Source: a virus
Lineage: Duplodnaviria; Heunggongvirae; Uroviricota; Caudoviricetes
Virus record (IMG/VR): IMGVR_UViG_2778261592_000009
Location: 1-38,284 of that record
Length of the DNA stretch: 38,284 nt
Strand: one strand, 5' to 3'
Positions 18,964-29,417 of the stretch are shown one piece after another. Below the pieces are notes generated by a model. It saw only the letters and a program-made list of their open reading frames with translations. It ran no database searches and was not told the DNA's origin. The position numbers and the translations under genes were made by a program. The first letter of the stretch is position 1, and the number at the start of each line of letters is the position of its first letter.

Positions 18964-19905
18964 ATGATTACTTTTGATCAGGCAACCGTTGACAGCTCTG
19001 GTGCCTTTCTCATCGGGGAGCTGGAACGACTCGACCAGACACTGAACCTGCCACTGGTGGGGTACACCTGGACCCGCGATATCCAACTGCGTGAAGATGT
19101 CTCCATCGCAGATGACATTTCCAGCTGGACGAATACCAGCTTCGCCGCTGCAGGTACTGGTGCAAATCCGAATGGCAAAAACTGGGTAGGCAAAGACTCA
19201 AGCGCTATTGCTGGCGTGAACGTGGATATCGGCAAATCCGGTAACCCGCTGAACCTGTGGGGGATGGAACTTGGCTGGACGGTCATAGAATTGCAGGCTG
19301 CTCAGCAGGTCGGACGCCCGATCGATACGCAGAAGTATGACGGGATGCAACTGAAATGGCAGATGGATAACGATGAACAGGTATATGTTGGCGATTCCGC
19401 ATTAAACCTGAAAGGCCTTGTTACCCTGGACGGCGTTCCTGTCAACAACGCTGCCAAAACGTGGGCAACCTCAACACCGGACGAAATCCGCGCAAGCATT
19501 AACCAGGCGCTGTCTGATGCGTGGGCCGCTTCCGGTTACTCTGTGGTTCCGCGTGATTTGCTGATCCCGCCTGAGCAGTTTGCTCTGTTGTCCAGCATCA
19601 TCGTTTCATCTGCGGGTAACCAGTCCCTGTTGACGTATCTTCAGACCAACACCATCAGCTATCACCAGAACGGTGTTCCGCTGAATATCCGCGCGGTTAA
19701 ATGGCTGAAAGGCCGTGGTGTGGGGAAAAAGGATCGCATGGTTGCGTACACCAACGATAAAAAATACGTCCGCTACCCGCTGGTTCCGCTTCAGAGCGTG
19801 CCGGTGCAGTATCGCGGTCTGTATCAGATCGTCACTTACTACGGCAAGCTGGGTGCAGTCGAGCCAGTGTACAAAGAAACCATTTCGTACGTTGATGGCA
19901 TTTAA
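18964..19905 (+). CDS. major capsid protein (candidate)
   Basis: 313 aa ORF in head module after scaffold/decoration genes; assigned by synteny. Confidence 0.65.
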   Translation: MITFDQATVDSSGAFLIGELERLDQTLNLPLVGYTWTRDIQLREDVSIADDISSWTNTSFAAAGTGANPNGKNWVGKDSSAIAGVNVDIGKSGNPLNLWGMELGWTVIELQAAQQVGRPIDTQKYDGMQLKWQMDNDEQVYVGDSALNLKGLVTLDGVPVNNAAKTWATSTPDEIRASINQALSDAWAASGYSVVPRDLLIPPEQFALLSSIIVSSAGNQSLLTYLQTNTISYHQNGVPLNIRAVKWLKGRGVGKKDRMVAYTNDKKYVRYPLVPLQSVPVQYRGLYQIVTYYGKLGAVEPVYKETISYVDGI

Positions 19906-19946
19906 CAGCCATATGGCCCCCTGGCGGGGCCATTAAGGATGACCCG

Positions 19947-20168
19947 ATGGCAAAAAATAATGCAGTAATACACGTACATACCCCGTTTGTGCTCACGCTT
20001 CCCGACGGTTCACGGCGCGAGTTTGTTAAAGGCCGTCATGCTGTGGAGGAAGACGTTGCCACGCATTGGTTCACTCGTGCGCACGCGGAAGTATCCGTTG
20101 GCAAAGCCACAGACGCGCGTAACGAGGTAAAAAATGCCAAAGAATCAAAGCCTGCCAGCGGTAAGTGA
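19947..20168 (+). CDS. hypothetical head-module protein (73 aa)
   Basis: AAGGATGA RBS; between capsid and connector genes. Confidence 0.45.
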   Translation: MAKNNAVIHVHTPFVLTLPDGSRREFVKGRHAVEEDVATHWFTRAHAEVSVGKATDARNEVKNAKESKPASGK

Positions 20169-20541
20169 TTTTCGCCGCGACTTCCCGCAGTTTGCTGACC
20201 CTGCCAAATATCCCGAAGCGCAAATCCAGTTTCGTCTGAATCTGGCAGATGAACTGCTGAGCGAAAACGTCACCGGCAAAAAGTTGTTTCCGTACTTTGC
20301 CGGATTGTTCGTTGTGCACTACATGACGCTCTGGGCGGCTGACAGCAGGGCGATGCTGGCTGGTGGCCCTGGCGGCTCAACCAATGGTGTTCAGTCCTCA
20401 AAGTCCGTTGACAAGGTAAGTGTCAGTTATGACATCAGCGCGACGCTGAATCCTGATGCAGGCTTCTGGAATAACACCCGATATGGCGCTGAATTTTATC
20501 AGTTGATCACGATGTTCGGTGCAGGCGGTCGCCAGCTATGA
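20134..20541 (+). CDS. head-tail connector / completion protein candidate (135 aa)
   Basis: GAGGTAA RBS; overlapping arrangement typical of morphogenesis operons. Confidence 0.45.
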   Translation: MPKNQSLPAVSDFRRDFPQFADPAKYPEAQIQFRLNLADELLSENVTGKKLFPYFAGLFVVHYMTLWAADSRAMLAGGPGGSTNGVQSSKSVDKVSVSYDISATLNPDAGFWNNTRYGAEFYQLITMFGAGGRQL

Positions 20542-21092
20542 GTTTCAAAAGCGGTGTAACAACGAGGGTGGATAACGCTAAGGCCATTCTGGATGCGCTC
20601 AGGTCGTTAACCAAAAAAGATGTGCTGGTCGGCATCCCTTCGGAAGACAGCGGGCGGGATGATGTTCCGTTTGGTAATGCGGGCATCGGTTACCTCAACG
20701 AATACGGCTCACCAGAGCAGAACATCCCGCCACGACCTCACCTGGTCCCCGGCGTTAAATCGGCAGAAGAGCAGACGGTGCCGCAGCTCAAAGCCGCGGC
20801 GCAGGCTGCACTTGATGGTAATGCTGCGGGAGCAGAACGCGCACTCAACCGTGCCGGAACGCTGGCCGCTAATGGCGTCAGGCGTTACATGACCATTACC
20901 GGCTTTACGCCGCTTGCTGACAGCACTGTTGAAGCCCGGGCTCGTCGGGGGCGCAAGGGGGCAACACTGGAACTTGCCCGGCGTGCTGCTGGCGAATCTC
21001 CGGGAACCGAACTGGCGAAACCATTAATTGATACCGGGCAATATCGCAGAGCTATTACCCATGTTGTGAGGGATAAAGATGCCGACTCTTGA
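20538..21092 (+). CDS. head-tail joining / structural protein candidate (184 aa)
   Basis: ATGA overlap with upstream gene. Confidence 0.45.
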   Translation: MSFKSGVTTRVDNAKAILDALRSLTKKDVLVGIPSEDSGRDDVPFGNAGIGYLNEYGSPEQNIPPRPHLVPGVKSAEEQTVPQLKAAAQAALDGNAAGAERALNRAGTLAANGVRRYMTITGFTPLADSTVEARARRGRKGATLELARRAAGESPGTELAKPLIDTGQYRRAITHVVRDKDADS

Positions 21093-21468
21093 TGTAACAG
21101 ATGTGCTTTTTGACCCCGATTTTTGCGACTTCAATTTGTGGGTAACACGCCGTGTGCAAACGGTGGATGAGGACGGGATCGGCAGCGACAGTGAAGTTAA
21201 AAAGCAGTTTGCCGGAGTCGTAACTGTTGATCGCTCTCTGGAAAACCGCCGTATGCAGGCAGGGCAGGTAATCAGCGGTGCAATTCTGATTGTGACGACT
21301 GAGCGACTGACGCAGGGACAGACTGGCCGTGATGCCGATATCGTGACGTATCAGGGCCGTGATTATCGTGTGACCTTCGTCGACCCGTATACAACTTATG
21401 GGGCCGGATTCGTTCAGGCGCATTGTGAGTTGATGCCGTTTGATGGGGGAACTCCGGTTGAGCAATAA
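21079..21468 (+). CDS. structural protein candidate (129 aa)
   Basis: ORF in late operon, overlapping upstream gene end. Confidence 0.45.
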   Translation: MPTLDVTDVLFDPDFCDFNLWVTRRVQTVDEDGIGSDSEVKKQFAGVVTVDRSLENRRMQAGQVISGAILIVTTERLTQGQTGRDADIVTYQGRDYRVTFVDPYTTYGAGFVQAHCELMPFDGGTPVEQ

Positions 21469-22006
21469 CACCAGTACAGAGCGCGGATGGTTAATACCAA
21501 CCAGTGGCGATCCGGATTATGACGAAGCGCTCGACAGGATGTTAAGCCAGTGGATGCGTAACGTTTCCGGTCTGTCTGCCGGGATGGTTCGCCCGCGCTG
21601 GCAGAAAGAGCAGCCGCCACTGCTACCGGCTGAAACGAACTGGTGTGCGTTTGGGGTTATCGGATGGTCAGGTGATGACAGTCCGGCATTCACCAGACAG
21701 ACCGATGATGGCTCTCAGCTCTGGCGGCATGAAACGATTGAGTGTATGGCTTCGTTTTATGGTCCGGCGGGGATGGTGTATGCGTCCCGGTTTCGTGACG
21801 GTATATCTGTACCGCAGAACAACGCAGCACTGAATGCGCTGGGGCTGTCTCTTGGCGATTACACAGGTCTGACTCCCTTCCCTGAACTTATTAATCAGCA
21901 ATGGGTCCGCCGCTACGATATGACGGTGCGTCTGCGCCGGAAGGTTGTGCGCGAGTACGGTATTAAATCGCTGGTGGAAGCACCAGTCATCTTTTTCGGA
22001 GATTAA
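21443..22006 (+). CDS. structural / tail-completion protein candidate (187 aa)
   Basis: First ATG at 21443 of ORF 21440..22006; start uncertain. Confidence 0.45.
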   Translation: MGELRLSNNTSTERGWLIPTSGDPDYDEALDRMLSQWMRNVSGLSAGMVRPRWQKEQPPLLPAETNWCAFGVIGWSGDDSPAFTRQTDDGSQLWRHETIECMASFYGPAGMVYASRFRDGISVPQNNAALNALGLSLGDYTGLTPFPELINQQWVRRYDMTVRLRRKVVREYGIKSLVEAPVIFFGD

Positions 22007-22009
22007 GCT

Positions 22010-23155
22010 ATGGCACAGGGCTTGCCTGTATCAAACGTTGTTAATGTTGATGTGATCATGTCGCCGCGTGCAGCATCAGGGCGAAATTTTGGTGCATTAC
22101 TCATTCTCGGCCCGTCCACAATCATTCCGGTAAGTGAGCGCATTCGCCGTTATTCTGCCGCGGAAGATATTGGAAAAGATTTTGGCGTGGAATCACCAGA
22201 GTATAAGGCTGCGCAGGTGTTTTTCTCACAATCACCGAAACCTCAGGAGGTTTTTGTTGGTCGTTGGGTGAAAACGAAGGGAGACAGCGAACAGGCCACG
22301 CCTGAGACGCTGGAGCAGGCTGTGAATGCCATGCTTGATTATACTTCATGGTATGGGCTGGGGATTGCAGACGATGCAGATATTCCGGATGCAGACTGGC
22401 TGAAAGTGGCTGCGGCGATCGAATCCTCTTCTGTAAGCCGTATTCTGGCGATTACGACAAGCGATGAGAAATGCCTGCAGACTGCATCCAGCGATGATTT
22501 GGCATCAAAACTGAAAACCGCCGGATATTCACGCAGTTTTATTCAGTATTCATCGGGTAATAAATACGCTGCGTTATCTGCATTTGGCCGGGCATTCACG
22601 GTTAATTTCAATGGCAGTAATACCGCGATTACGCTCAAGTTTAAGCAGGAGCCGGGTGTCGGGTATGAAACACTGACAGTCAGCCAGGCATCGGCACTTG
22701 ATGCAAAAAACTGCAATGTGTTCGTGTACTACCAGAATGATACAGCTATCCTCCAGCAGGGAGTGATGGCTAACGGCGATTTCTTTGATGAACGCCACGG
22801 CCTGGACTGGTTACAGAATTATGTGCAGACCAACCTCTATAACCTGCTTTATACCAGCACCACGAAGGTTCCCCAGACTGAAGCCGGTATTACCCGACTG
22901 TTATCAAATGTTGAAAAATCACTGGATCAGGCCGTTCAGAATGGACTGATTGCTCCGGGCGTATGGAACGGGGGCGACCTTGGCCAGTTGTCATCAGGTG
23001 ACACGCTGCCCAAAGGTTATTACGTATACGCCCAGCCGCTGGATGAACAGGCACAATCAGAACGTGAAGCCCGTAAGGCTCCGGTGATTCAGGCTGCAAT
23101 AAAACTTGCAGGCGCGGTTCATTACGCTGACGTACAGATTAACGTTGTTCGCTAA
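22010..23155 (+). CDS. tail sheath protein candidate (381 aa)
   Basis: Large ORF immediately upstream of a ~146-aa tube-sized gene and the chaperone/tape-measure pair; contractile-tail synteny. Confidence 0.55.
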   Translation: MAQGLPVSNVVNVDVIMSPRAASGRNFGALLILGPSTIIPVSERIRRYSAAEDIGKDFGVESPEYKAAQVFFSQSPKPQEVFVGRWVKTKGDSEQATPETLEQAVNAMLDYTSWYGLGIADDADIPDADWLKVAAAIESSSVSRILAITTSDEKCLQTASSDDLASKLKTAGYSRSFIQYSSGNKYAALSAFGRAFTVNFNGSNTAITLKFKQEPGVGYETLTVSQASALDAKNCNVFVYYQNDTAILQQGVMANGDFFDERHGLDWLQNYVQTNLYNLLYTSTTKVPQTEAGITRLLSNVEKSLDQAVQNGLIAPGVWNGGDLGQLSSGDTLPKGYYVYAQPLDEQAQSEREARKAPVIQAAIKLAGAVHYADVQINVVR

Positions 23156-23165
23156 GGGGAAGTGA

Positions 23166-23606
23166 ATGTCTACCTATTCTTTTATGGATGTCACTGCGAC
23201 GCTGACCGGGCCGACCGGTTCGATTGACCTCGGGTACGGTTCTGCAAGTTCTGAAGAGGGGATTGTGGTTGCGATGGGCGGCCCTAAAAACACCATGACC
23301 ATCGGTGCTGATGGCGAAGTGATGCACAGTCTCCATGCAGATAAAAGCGGGACGATTACCGTTAACCTTCTGAAGACATCACCGACAAATAAAAAATTGT
23401 CGCTGGCGTATAACGCACAGAGCCAGTCTTCTGCCACATGGGGGAATAACGTTATTGTGATCCGAAACAAGGTCAGCGGCGACATCATCACGGCACGTAG
23501 TGTTGCGTTCCAGAAACAACCGGATAATGCCAACGCTAAAACCGGTAATACGATGCCGTGGGTGTTTGACTGCGGCAAGATTGACCAGGTTCTCGGGGAG
23601 TTTTAA
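23166..23606 (+). CDS. tail tube protein candidate (146 aa)
   Basis: AAGGGGA RBS; position between sheath candidate and tail chaperone. Confidence 0.55.
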   Translation: MSTYSFMDVTATLTGPTGSIDLGYGSASSEEGIVVAMGGPKNTMTIGADGEVMHSLHADKSGTITVNLLKTSPTNKKLSLAYNAQSQSSATWGNNVIVIRNKVSGDIITARSVAFQKQPDNANAKTGNTMPWVFDCGKIDQVLGEF

Positions 23607-23609
23607 TAC

Positions 23610-24062
23610 ATGGAATTCGAAATCAAAGGCGTGAAATATCGCGCGGCAAAACTCAGCGTTTTTGATCAGCTGAAAGTGACCCGCAAACTTCTGCCTGTGC
23701 TGGCAGGAATGATGTCAGATTTCGGGAGCATTCGCTCCCGTTTGCCTGCTGACGGCAAAATCGACACCGTGAAATTCGAGCAGTTAAAACCGGTGTTTGA
23801 AGCCATGCTCCCGCGTATCGCTGAGGAACTGTCTTCCCTGACTGAAGAAGATACCAACGCGATTATTCATCCTTGCCTGGCCGTAGTGTCACGTAAGCAC
23901 ATGGACGGATGGACACCGGTATTCAACAGCGGTCAGCTGATGTTCGATGATATCGACCTGCTAACCATGCTGCAGCTGGTGGCGCGGGTGGTCGCCGATT
24001 CACTGGGAAATTTTTTGCCTACACCCCTTACCAGCACGACACAGAGCCTGCAACAGGGCTGA
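23610..24062 (+). CDS. tail assembly chaperone (short, in-frame product)
   Basis: 150 aa ORF directly upstream of tape measure gene; contains slippery heptamer near 3' end. Confidence 0.6.
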   Translation: MEFEIKGVKYRAAKLSVFDQLKVTRKLLPVLAGMMSDFGSIRSRLPADGKIDTVKFEQLKPVFEAMLPRIAEELSSLTEEDTNAIIHPCLAVVSRKHMDGWTPVFNSGQLMFDDIDLLTMLQLVARVVADSLGNFLPTPLTSTTQSLQQG

Positions 24063-24250
24063 CGTTTAACAGCCTGCCGGACGGGCTGTCCTACCTTCTC
24101 AATCCGGTTGACGCCGGGTTAATTCCTTATACAGCACTTAAAGATGGCTCTGTCGATTTGTACGACATTGCTCTCTTGAATGACCATCTGGCGGTAAAAG
24201 CGGATAACCAGCGGCGCATTGAGAAATGGAGAGAGGATAATGAACGCTGA
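24011..24250 (+). other. programmed -1 frameshift site (T TTT TTG, 24011..24017) and -1 frame extension of the tail chaperone
   Basis: In zero frame codons AAT TTT TTG; the -1 frame is open from 24011 to the TGA at 24248..24250 (about 79 codons), overlapping the tape measure start. Confidence 0.5.
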
Positions 24251-26228
24251 AACTATTAAAGATTTCCTCGTCTCGCTTGGCTTCAGTGTGGATGATGCAG
24301 GAGCGAAAAAGTTCGGTTCTGTCCTCTCCGGTACAACTGCAAATGTCATCAAAATGGGGCTGGCTGTTGAAGGATCTGCGCTGTCCGTGGTGGCCTTCAC
24401 GGCTAAGATCGCCTCCGGTCTGGATAATCTCTACTGGGCGTCACAGCGCACCGGCGCGACGGTTCAGGGGATTCAGTCTATTGGCTATGCGGTTTCGCAG
24501 GTTGGCGGCAGCGTGGACGCTGCGCGCGGGTCACTGGAGAGCCTTGCCCGTTTTATCCGTAATAACCCCGGGGCTGAGGGATTTCTGAATCGTCTGGGGG
24601 TACAGACACGGGATGCCAGCGGTAACATGCGTGACATGGCCGCTATTTTTACAGGTGTAGGACAGAAGCTCAGCGGCATGCCGTATTACCGGGCTAACCA
24701 GTATGCGCAGATGCTGGGCATTGACGAAAATACCCTTATGGCGATGCGCCGGGGTGTGGGTGGTTTCTCCGGGCAGTACAGCGCAATGGCGAAAGCTATC
24801 GGCTTCAATGCTGACGAGGCGGCCAGAAGCTCCAACAAATTTATGACCTCCCTGCGTGAGTTTGGCGCGATGGCAGGCATGGCCCGTGACAAAATCGGCT
24901 CTAATCTTGCGGGTGGGCTTGCGGGTTCGCTGGACACTCTGCGCCGCCATATCCTGGACAACTTCCCGCGTATCGAGCAGACCCTGACGAAAGCCATAAA
25001 AGGCATTCTGGCGCTCGGGGATATTATCGTGCGGCTGTTCTTCAGACTGATTGAAGGAACATCAGGCCTCATCACCTGGTGGCAATCGCTGGATAAGCAA
25101 ACGCGGGAGCTCATCTCGCTGTTTGGCGCGCTGACGATTGCGCTGCGCATTCTGAACAGTACGTTCTGGATGTCGCCGATTGGCCTCATTACCGCGCTGG
25201 CGGCGGGGATTGCCCTTCTGTGGGAGGACTATCAGACCTGGAAGGAAGGCGGCGACAGCCTGATTGACTGGGGCAAGTGGAAGCCGGAGGTCGATGCCGC
25301 GCTGAAGATGGTTCGTGACCTGAAAGGGTCTGTTAATGAACTGGCGAAAGCGCTGGCGAAACTGCTCAATATTGACCCCAAATCATGGTCCCTGAAGTGG
25401 GATTTCAGCAACTTCATCGACCAGATGGGCGAATTCAGCAAAATGCTGAACATGATCGCCGACCTGCTCAACGCTATCAAAGATGGCTGCTGGGCTGATG
25501 CCGTCAGCATCGGCAAACAGATACTTAATCAGGGCAGCGAAAATCCGTCAGCGATGCCGATGGTTACAGACAGCGCTAACAGTACTGCCGACTGGATTAA
25601 AGAGCACTGGGGATTCGATCCTCGCAGCGTGGGCCGGACGGTACGCGGCTGGTTTGGTGATGATGAGCCGGAACAATATGCACAGGCTACAAAACGAGGA
25701 GAACGGAATAACAATCCGGGAAACCTTAATTTTGCTGGTCAGGCAGGGGCTTCTCTTGAACGCCCGGGCGGGCGATTTGCCAGATTTGAAACTGCTTTTG
25801 ATGGATTACGGGCTCTTGCTCGTCAGTTAATGTTGTACGCCGGACGTGGAATAAACAGCGTGGAGAAAATTATCTCTACCTGGGCACCTGCGTCTGATAA
25901 TAACAACACAACTGCGTATATCAGGGCTGTATCGCAACGACTGGGAGTGGATCCCCGGGCTGCCCTGAATATGAGCGATCCGCAAACCATGTCAGCATTG
26001 ATGAGCAGCATTATCCAGCATGAAAATGGAAGAAATATCTATTCTCGAGAGCTGATTAATAAGGCTGCCGTGGCGGGAATTAGTGGCAAAGTGACAGAGG
26101 TTAACCAGCAAAATACTTACCACATTTACGGTGGCGGAGATCCGCACGCTGTCGGTAATGAGGTTGCACGTCGGCAACAGTCTGCAAATGCTCAGGTCAT
26201 GCGAAGTAATCAGGTGAGGGTGGGTTAG
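24240..26228 (+). CDS. tail tape measure protein
   Basis: 662 aa from ATG 24240 (GAGAGGA RBS; maximal ORF starts at TTG 24219); Ala/Gly-rich helical N-terminal half; follows chaperone frameshift pair. Confidence 0.8.
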   Translation: MNAETIKDFLVSLGFSVDDAGAKKFGSVLSGTTANVIKMGLAVEGSALSVVAFTAKIASGLDNLYWASQRTGATVQGIQSIGYAVSQVGGSVDAARGSLESLARFIRNNPGAEGFLNRLGVQTRDASGNMRDMAAIFTGVGQKLSGMPYYRANQYAQMLGIDENTLMAMRRGVGGFSGQYSAMAKAIGFNADEAARSSNKFMTSLREFGAMAGMARDKIGSNLAGGLAGSLDTLRRHILDNFPRIEQTLTKAIKGILALGDIIVRLFFRLIEGTSGLITWWQSLDKQTRELISLFGALTIALRILNSTFWMSPIGLITALAAGIALLWEDYQTWKEGGDSLIDWGKWKPEVDAALKMVRDLKGSVNELAKALAKLLNIDPKSWSLKWDFSNFIDQMGEFSKMLNMIADLLNAIKDGCWADAVSIGKQILNQGSENPSAMPMVTDSANSTADWIKEHWGFDPRSVGRTVRGWFGDDEPEQYAQATKRGERNNNPGNLNFAGQAGASLERPGGRFARFETAFDGLRALARQLMLYAGRGINSVEKIISTWAPASDNNNTTAYIRAVSQRLGVDPRAALNMSDPQTMSALMSSIIQHENGRNIYSRELINKAAVAGISGKVTEVNQQNTYHIYGGGDPHAVGNEVARRQQSANAQVMRSNQVRVG

Positions 26229-26815
26229 TGGATATTCTCTCTACACTTTTTCATCAGCAGAGCAGAAAAATAGGAATGATTGTTCCCAGTGTTGTTATTT
26301 CAGAGAAGCATACAGATATGCTTGAAATAACAGAGCATCCGGTAGAGGTCGGGGCTGCTGTCGCTGATCATGCCTATAAAAAACCGTCAGAAGTGGTGAT
26401 GGAGGTTGGTTTCGCCGGTGGCGGCGCATTGCTGGATTTTGCCAGTAACCTGACGGCTACCAGCCTGCTCGGCCTGAGTCCTCAGCAGACGTATCAGGAG
26501 CTACTGGATCTGCAGGAAAGCCGTATCCCCTTCGATGTGGTAACCGGTAAACGGCTGTACAGCAACATGTTGATCCGGGCGCTGGAAGTGACGACGGACA
26601 AGACAACCGAAAACGTCCTGTCCGCCGTCCTCACCCTGAGGGAGGTCCTTATCTCCCGGACACAGCAGATCACCGTTGCTGATAAAACCAACATGAAGGA
26701 AGGGGCCAGCACGTCGGCGGTACAGAACAGCGGCAACAAAACCACAAAGCCTCCAGATACTTCACTGCTGAAAAGCATCACGGGTAACGTGGCGTCATTA
26801 CTGGGAGGCGGATAA
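26228..26815 (+). CDS. tail / baseplate-associated protein (195 aa)
   Basis: GTG start with GAGGGTGGG RBS overlapping tape measure stop. Confidence 0.45.
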   Translation: MDILSTLFHQQSRKIGMIVPSVVISEKHTDMLEITEHPVEVGAAVADHAYKKPSEVVMEVGFAGGGALLDFASNLTATSLLGLSPQQTYQELLDLQESRIPFDVVTGKRLYSNMLIRALEVTTDKTTENVLSAVLTLREVLISRTQQITVADKTNMKEGASTSAVQNSGNKTTKPPDTSLLKSITGNVASLLGGG

Positions 26816-27117
26816 TGACAATTCAGGAAATTCCGCTGACAGCGGACAATCAGCAGTTCAGCATCGTCCTGGGGGGGGTCACCTGGCGGATTAGCATCAT
26901 ATGGCGCGATCTTTACTGGATTATGGACCTGCAGAACGACAGAGGGGAGCCGGTAATCTCCGGTATTCCTCTCGTCACTGGTGCTGACTTGCTGGCGCAG
27001 TACGCCTGTATGGGGCTTGGTTTTAAGCTGGTGGTGGTCTGCGATGACAACACACAGGATTATCCCACGAAAACTGATCTGGGCGGCCGCAGTCATTTAC
27101 TGGTATCAACGGAGTAA
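26815..27117 (+). CDS. tail / baseplate-associated protein (100 aa)
   Basis: ATG overlapping upstream stop (TAATG). Confidence 0.45.
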   Translation: MTIQEIPLTADNQQFSIVLGGVTWRISIIWRDLYWIMDLQNDRGEPVISGIPLVTGADLLAQYACMGLGFKLVVVCDDNTQDYPTKTDLGGRSHLLVSTE

Positions 27118-27119
27118 GC

Positions 27120-28181
27120 ATGTCACAGAACTGGATGAGACATTTCGAGCTGCAGCTTGTGGACGGGAACGGTCAGGGAATTGAGCTAAGTGATTTCAAA
27201 GTCACCTTTACGATCGACTGGTTCAACATCAGCAGCGCGTCCCGGGTAGGGACTATCAAAATTTATAACCTCTCGGCAGATACTGTGAACCGAATCACCG
27301 GGCAGGAATTTTCGAAAGTGCGTCTGATTGCCGGTTACGACGGTATCGCGCCGGAGGTGTCAGCAAGCGACGTAGGGACCGTGCGGGAAGTTGACGCGGC
27401 GGACGTGGGCCAGAGAGATGGCCGCAACTACGGACTGATTTTCAGCGGTGAAATTCGCTACTCGGTCACAGGAAAAGACAGTCCGGTTGATACCTACGTC
27501 CTGATTCAGGCAGCAGATACTGATCTGGCTTTTGCCACCAGTATAACCTCACAGACGCTGGCTGCCGGTTACACGGTCGCTGATGTGAACCGTGCGCTGA
27601 TGAAAGACTTCGAAGCCAAAGGCGCGACTGAAGGCCTGACGCCTGAAATGCCTGCTACTGTATTCCCCCGGGGGCGGGTACTCTTTGGCATGACGCGGCA
27701 TCTTATGGATAACGTAGCCGGTCAATGTGGCGCAACATGGCAATTCGTGGACGGTCAACGCCAGATGGTGGCGAATAATGAATATATTCACAAAGCGATT
27801 GTGCTCAACAGCGCTACCGGGCTTATTGGCATGCCGCAGCAGACCATCGGCAACGGCGTAAATGTCCGCGCGCTTATTAATCCGAACATCCGGGTTAACG
27901 GGCTCATTCAACTGGATCAGGCTTCAGTGTATCGTACCGCGTTGTCGAATAACGATATCGCGATGGCCGGTGGGCAGATCACCGACCAGAACACGGACGG
28001 AAATATTACGCTAAGCGGCACCACATCGCAGCCTGCCAGCATCGCAACGGATGGCGTTTATATTGTGCGCGGGATTATGTACACTGGCGACACAAGGGGC
28101 CAGGCGTGGTACATGGATATGATGTGCGAAGCGCGTGGCGCGGCGGATCTGTATACGCAATCGGCTTTGCAAAGGGGATGA
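27120..28181 (+). CDS. baseplate hub protein candidate (P2 gpD / late-control-D-like)
   Basis: 353 aa ORF after tape measure and before spike/gpW/gpJ-like genes; assigned by synteny. Confidence 0.55.
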   Translation: MSQNWMRHFELQLVDGNGQGIELSDFKVTFTIDWFNISSASRVGTIKIYNLSADTVNRITGQEFSKVRLIAGYDGIAPEVSASDVGTVREVDAADVGQRDGRNYGLIFSGEIRYSVTGKDSPVDTYVLIQAADTDLAFATSITSQTLAAGYTVADVNRALMKDFEAKGATEGLTPEMPATVFPRGRVLFGMTRHLMDNVAGQCGATWQFVDGQRQMVANNEYIHKAIVLNSATGLIGMPQQTIGNGVNVRALINPNIRVNGLIQLDQASVYRTALSNNDIAMAGGQITDQNTDGNITLSGTTSQPASIATDGVYIVRGIMYTGDTRGQAWYMDMMCEARGAADLYTQSALQRG

Positions 28182-28184
28182 GCA

Positions 28185-28526
28185 ATGAGGGGTATTATTT
28201 TTCTGTTCGCTGTCTTTTCTGCGTGCAGCGCGTGGGCGGATGGCTTCACGGTTAAATGCGGTGGCTACACTATGGTTGCAAACCAGGGCGAGTTATCGAC
28301 TATCAACGGTGAAAGAGTTACCTCTCAAAAAATCACCGAACTGGGTACCAATGGTTTGAAAGTAGACATGGGGCTTATGCCTGCCAAAGACGGTAACAAC
28401 TACGGCTTTGAATACATTCGTCGCCCTAGTACCGAAACGCGATTCCTGAATGTCCAACTGCTGCAGAACAGCATGGACGCGCCGAAAATCATCGGATCTT
28501 TCCCGTGTAAAAAGGTTGATGGTTGA
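28185..28526 (+). CDS. small secreted protein (113 aa) with signal peptide
   Basis: AGGGGA RBS, ATG 3 nt after hub gene stop; N-terminus MRGIIFLFAVFSACSAWA then mature domain with two Cys. Confidence 0.55.
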   Translation: MRGIIFLFAVFSACSAWADGFTVKCGGYTMVANQGELSTINGERVTSQKITELGTNGLKVDMGLMPAKDGNNYGFEYIRRPSTETRFLNVQLLQNSMDAPKIIGSFPCKKVDG

Positions 28527-28587
28527 AGTCCCATCCTTTTTGCAAGGATGATTTTGTGCGAAACGGCTCAACAGCACGAGCTTCGGA

Positions 28588-28617
28588 TTGACTAAACTGT
28601 ATACGCGAACATAAAAT
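28588..28617 (+). promoter_or_regulatory. candidate sigma70 promoter of the inserted cassette
   Basis: TTGACT (28588..28593), 18-nt spacer, TAAAAT (28612..28617), about 30 nt upstream of GTG 28647. Confidence 0.35.
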
Positions 28618-28646
28618 TCAACCAAAAGATAAGTAGCGAGCGTACT

Positions 28647-29417
28647 GTGGCAAGACCAAAACTGAAAGCGGAAGAGCGTTTTGACCAGTTGGTTAAGATA
28701 ATCAATAGTGGTCAACCTCTTGATATTTGGACCTTTCGAGAGGTGGTCTCGGAGTATGGCTCTAAGCGTACTCCGCCTGCTGACACGCTTGTAGCTTTGG
28801 CTCATATTGCTAAAGGTGATGTGAGTGTCGGGATTGAAATGCTTGAAGCTATCCTCCCACATGCTGATGTTAACTTTGCGCGGATTTTTTGTAAGCTGCT
28901 TGAGCGTTTTTCTCTACTCGAAAAATCGGACTACTACATCTATTCTTTAGCTGATAAGTATCCAACCAAGTGGTTTACTTATAGGGCTGGTGGCGTTGCG
29001 TATTTGGTAGGGAAACTATCAAAATGCGTAGAATATTTTGGACGTCATTGCAAAATGTTATCCCAAGAAGAACATAGGGATGACGCAGAAGCCTTCTTGC
29101 AGGAGGTAATTCACGATATGGATGAAGCATACAAAAAGTCAGGATGCTCTTCAGAACAATACATGCAAGTTGCTCTTGCTGTTCATAGAGTCATGGCTGA
29201 ATTCCCTCCAACTGAATATCGTGCTGACATCAACGGTGCATCTGGTGGGACTTATCTGGTTGAGGTAGTTAATGCATCTCCTGAACAGGTGGTTGCAATG
29301 AATATGCGACTTGCAGATGAAATTTGTTCAATCGATTTACTTGATGATTGCAATCTTATTGCACGTTTTTCCGTTGAAAGAAATAGCTTGAAAGGGTGTA
29401 AATATGCCTATAACTAG
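28647..29417 (+). CDS. hypothetical protein (256 aa), cargo gene inside tail module
   Basis: GTG start; lower GC than flanking baseplate genes; no recognisable motif; 3' end overlaps next gene by 14 nt. Confidence 0.55.
   Translation: MARPKLKAEERFDQLVKIINSGQPLDIWTFREVVSEYGSKRTPPADTLVALAHIAKGDVSVGIEMLEAILPHADVNFARIFCKLLERFSLLEKSDYYIYSLADKYPTKWFTYRAGGVAYLVGKLSKCVEYFGRHCKMLSQEEHRDDAEAFLQEVIHDMDEAYKKSGCSSEQYMQVALAVHRVMAEFPPTEYRADINGASGGTYLVEVVNASPEQVVAMNMRLADEICSIDLLDDCNLIARFSVERNSLKGCKYAYN

Noticed and set aside
24485-25189. Antisense ORFs (24485..24679, 24531..24950, 24686..25189) inside the tape measure gene
   Set aside because: Shadow ORFs typical of GC-rich Ala/Gly-rich coding sequence; the sense-strand tape measure ORF is continuous and syntenic
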